Positions 34,540 through 36,227 of a stretch of 36,227 bases of DNA are shown here, one piece after another. The stretch comes from Candidatus Bathyarchaeota archaeon (GTDB taxonomy: Archaea; Thermoproteota; Bathyarchaeia; Bathyarchaeales; WUQV01): NCBI GenBank assembly GCA_009889585.1, contig WUQV01000308.1, forward strand, positions 1-36,227, written 5' to 3'. The position numbers and the translations under genes are program-made. Numbering within the stretch: the first letter of the stretch is position 1; each line of letters starts with the position of its first letter. Under the pieces are notes generated by a model. It saw only the letters and a program-made list of their open reading frames with translations, did not search any database and had not been told where the DNA came from.

Positions 34540-35292
34540 GTGAAAGAGCTCTTACTCACAAAGGGCATCGTCAAGGCGTTCGGAGGGCTCGTTGCTGTTA
34601 ATAACGTAAGCATCGCCGTTAGAGAAGGCATGGTGACGTTGCTCATCGGGCCGAACGGAAGCGGGAAGACGACCCTTCTAAACGTGTGCACTGGCGTCTT
34701 GAAGCCTGACGCTGGACGCGTCATCTTCAAAGGGAGGGACATCACCAATTGGCCTTCCCATAGAATTTATGAGCTCGGATTCGTTAGGACGTTTCAAATA
34801 CCATTGCCATTTCATACTCAAACGGCCCTTGACAACGTGTTAGCTGCCATGAGGTCCCCTGGGGAGCATCCATTAAGGGCCCTGTTAAGGGGTACGTGGG
34901 AGAGGAAGGAGGAGGAGAACGTTAAGAGGGCGTTTGAGATATTGAGGAAGGTGGGGCTGGACGATCATTGGGATCGCCCGGCGTATGCGCTTGGAGGAGC
35001 TCAATTGAAACTATTGGAGCTCGCGAGGGCCTTGGCCGCTGGAGCCAAGTTAATAGCGCTAGATGAGCCCATAGGCGGGGTAGATCCTGCCTTCGCTGAT
35101 GAGATCTTCTCTTACGTAAGAAGGTTGAAGGATGCTGAAGGGTTGACGTTCTTCGTCATCGAACATCGTATTGACGTCGCCGCTCCTTACGCGGATTACG
35201 TTTACGCCATGGACAGGGGCCGCATCATCTCAGAGGGCAAATCTGATGAGGTCCTTAACGATCCAAAAGTGATAGAGGTGTACATAGGGTGA
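34540..35292 (+). CDS. livG: ABC transporter ATP-binding protein, LivG-like
   Basis: Walker A GPNGSGKTT, a signature-like LGGAQLKLLELARAL, Walker B LIALDEP, and C-terminal DPKVIEVYIG, typical of LivG. Confidence 0.9.
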   Translation: MKELLLTKGIVKAFGGLVAVNNVSIAVREGMVTLLIGPNGSGKTTLLNVCTGVLKPDAGRVIFKGRDITNWPSHRIYELGFVRTFQIPLPFHTQTALDNVLAAMRSPGEHPLRALLRGTWERKEEENVKRAFEILRKVGLDDHWDRPAYALGGAQLKLLELARALAAGAKLIALDEPIGGVDPAFADEIFSYVRRLKDAEGLTFFVIEHRIDVAAPYADYVYAMDRGRIISEGKSDEVLNDPKVIEVYIG

Positions 35293-35999
35293 GCTTGTTA
35301 AGCGTTTCAAACCTTCAGGCAGGATACGGGAAGTTCAAGGTGCTGTTGGGCGTAAGCGTTGAGGTCCCGAGGAAGGAGATCACCATCGTAGTAGGGCCGA
35401 ACGGGGCTGGCAAGACTACGTTGCTGAATAGTATTGCCGGCTTGGCCACGATCCACTTCGGGACGATTACGTACAAAGGAAGGGAAATTGCAGGTTTGCC
35501 CCCTCATGAGATAGCGAGGATCGGCATCTCATACATCCCGCAGATGGGGAACGTATTCCCTGAGTTAAGCGTCTTAGAAAACCTTCGAATGGCTGGCTAT
35601 ACGTTGGAGAAGGCCGAGTTTAACGATAGGGTGGGTGAGGTCGTCGAGCTGTTTCCAGTTCTTAAGGAGTTCATACGTCGGAGGGCTGGGACGTTAAGCG
35701 GAGGCGAGAGGAGGATGTTAGCGATAGCCATGGGCTTGATCCGAAGGCCGGAGTTAATGCTGTTAGATGAGATCTCAGCAGACCTCGCACCGATAATGGC
35801 AAAGAAGATCCTTGAGAAGGCGGTTGAACTTCGGGATAGGGGGATAACCATATTGATGGTGGAGCAGATGGCTAGGAAGGCCTTGGAGATAGGAGATAAT
35901 GCTTACCTATTGGTCAGCGGGGTAATGAAGTTCAGCGGAGGGGCGAAGGACCTGTTGAACAACCCGGAGTTAGCCAGGCTTTACCTCGGTGTGAGATAA
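35289..35999 (+). CDS. livF: ABC transporter ATP-binding protein, LivF-like
   Basis: Walker A GPNGAGKTT, signature LSGGERRMLAIAM, Walker B LMLLDE, and C-terminal NPELARLYLG. It has a 4-nt overlap with livG. Confidence 0.9.
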   Translation: MSLLSVSNLQAGYGKFKVLLGVSVEVPRKEITIVVGPNGAGKTTLLNSIAGLATIHFGTITYKGREIAGLPPHEIARIGISYIPQMGNVFPELSVLENLRMAGYTLEKAEFNDRVGEVVELFPVLKEFIRRRAGTLSGGERRMLAIAMGLIRRPELMLLDEISADLAPIMAKKILEKAVELRDRGITILMVEQMARKALEIGDNAYLLVSGVMKFSGGAKDLLNNPELARLYLGVR

Positions 36000-36227
36000 A
36001 GACAACCTCGATAGGACTTCGCTATTTCATATTCCCTTAATTATTTAAGTTATCTGTTGACTTTGTTTAGAGGGCTGTGCTTGACATGCTCTACAGTACG
36101 TTAGCTTCATAGTTTCTTGTGCCTTGATTGTATGGGGAAACTTGACTTCATTAAGATGAATTGCCTATGATCTTAAGCGCTTCATGGCAAATGCTCTTAG
36201 GCGAGATGTAGCTATAAGGGATTGATA

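Overview
This looks like a 36.2 kb archaeal chromosomal segment around a replication origin. All calls come from reading the sequence and ORF track and from remembered family motifs. No searches were run.

The backbone samples at about 60% G+C by hand count and carries housekeeping genes:
- A minus-strand translation and RNA-modification cluster: SRP54, Pus10, L21e, RpoF, DUF655 and KsgA, then deoxyhypusine synthase and aIF5A.
- NAD kinase, Nob1, an HD hydrolase, DUF169, an intron-containing tRNA-Ser and a PhoU-like regulator.
- PolD small subunit (DP1), DUF99 and Orc1/Cdc6.
- A split NadE plus C-N hydrolase pair, GGGP synthase and PolD large subunit (DP2).
- A LivJ/G/F-type ABC transporter with no permease genes in the window.

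The 613-bp spacer next to orc1/cdc6 holds three 25-bp ORB-like boxes. Two inverted boxes flank an A/T tract, which is the standard archaeal oriC layout. A dense cluster of GTGAA(G) motifs lies beside them.

Low-GC islets (about 33-42% in hand-counted samples) interrupt the backbone. They hold small DNA-binding proteins, membrane-anchored tandem-repeat coiled-coil proteins and several decayed genes:
- a HEPN-nucleotidyltransferase fusion
- an Asp/Glu-racemase-like gene
- a secreted protein gene

An ORF-free, GC-rich, pseudoknot-capable element at about 2040-2340 is a candidate structured RNA that I could not assign to a family. I found no CRISPR array, rRNA or intact mobile element. I did not find a clear multi-gene novel system. 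The best leads are the origin-adjacent motif cluster and DNA-binding genes, the unassigned RNA-like element, and the decayed HEPN-NTase fusion.
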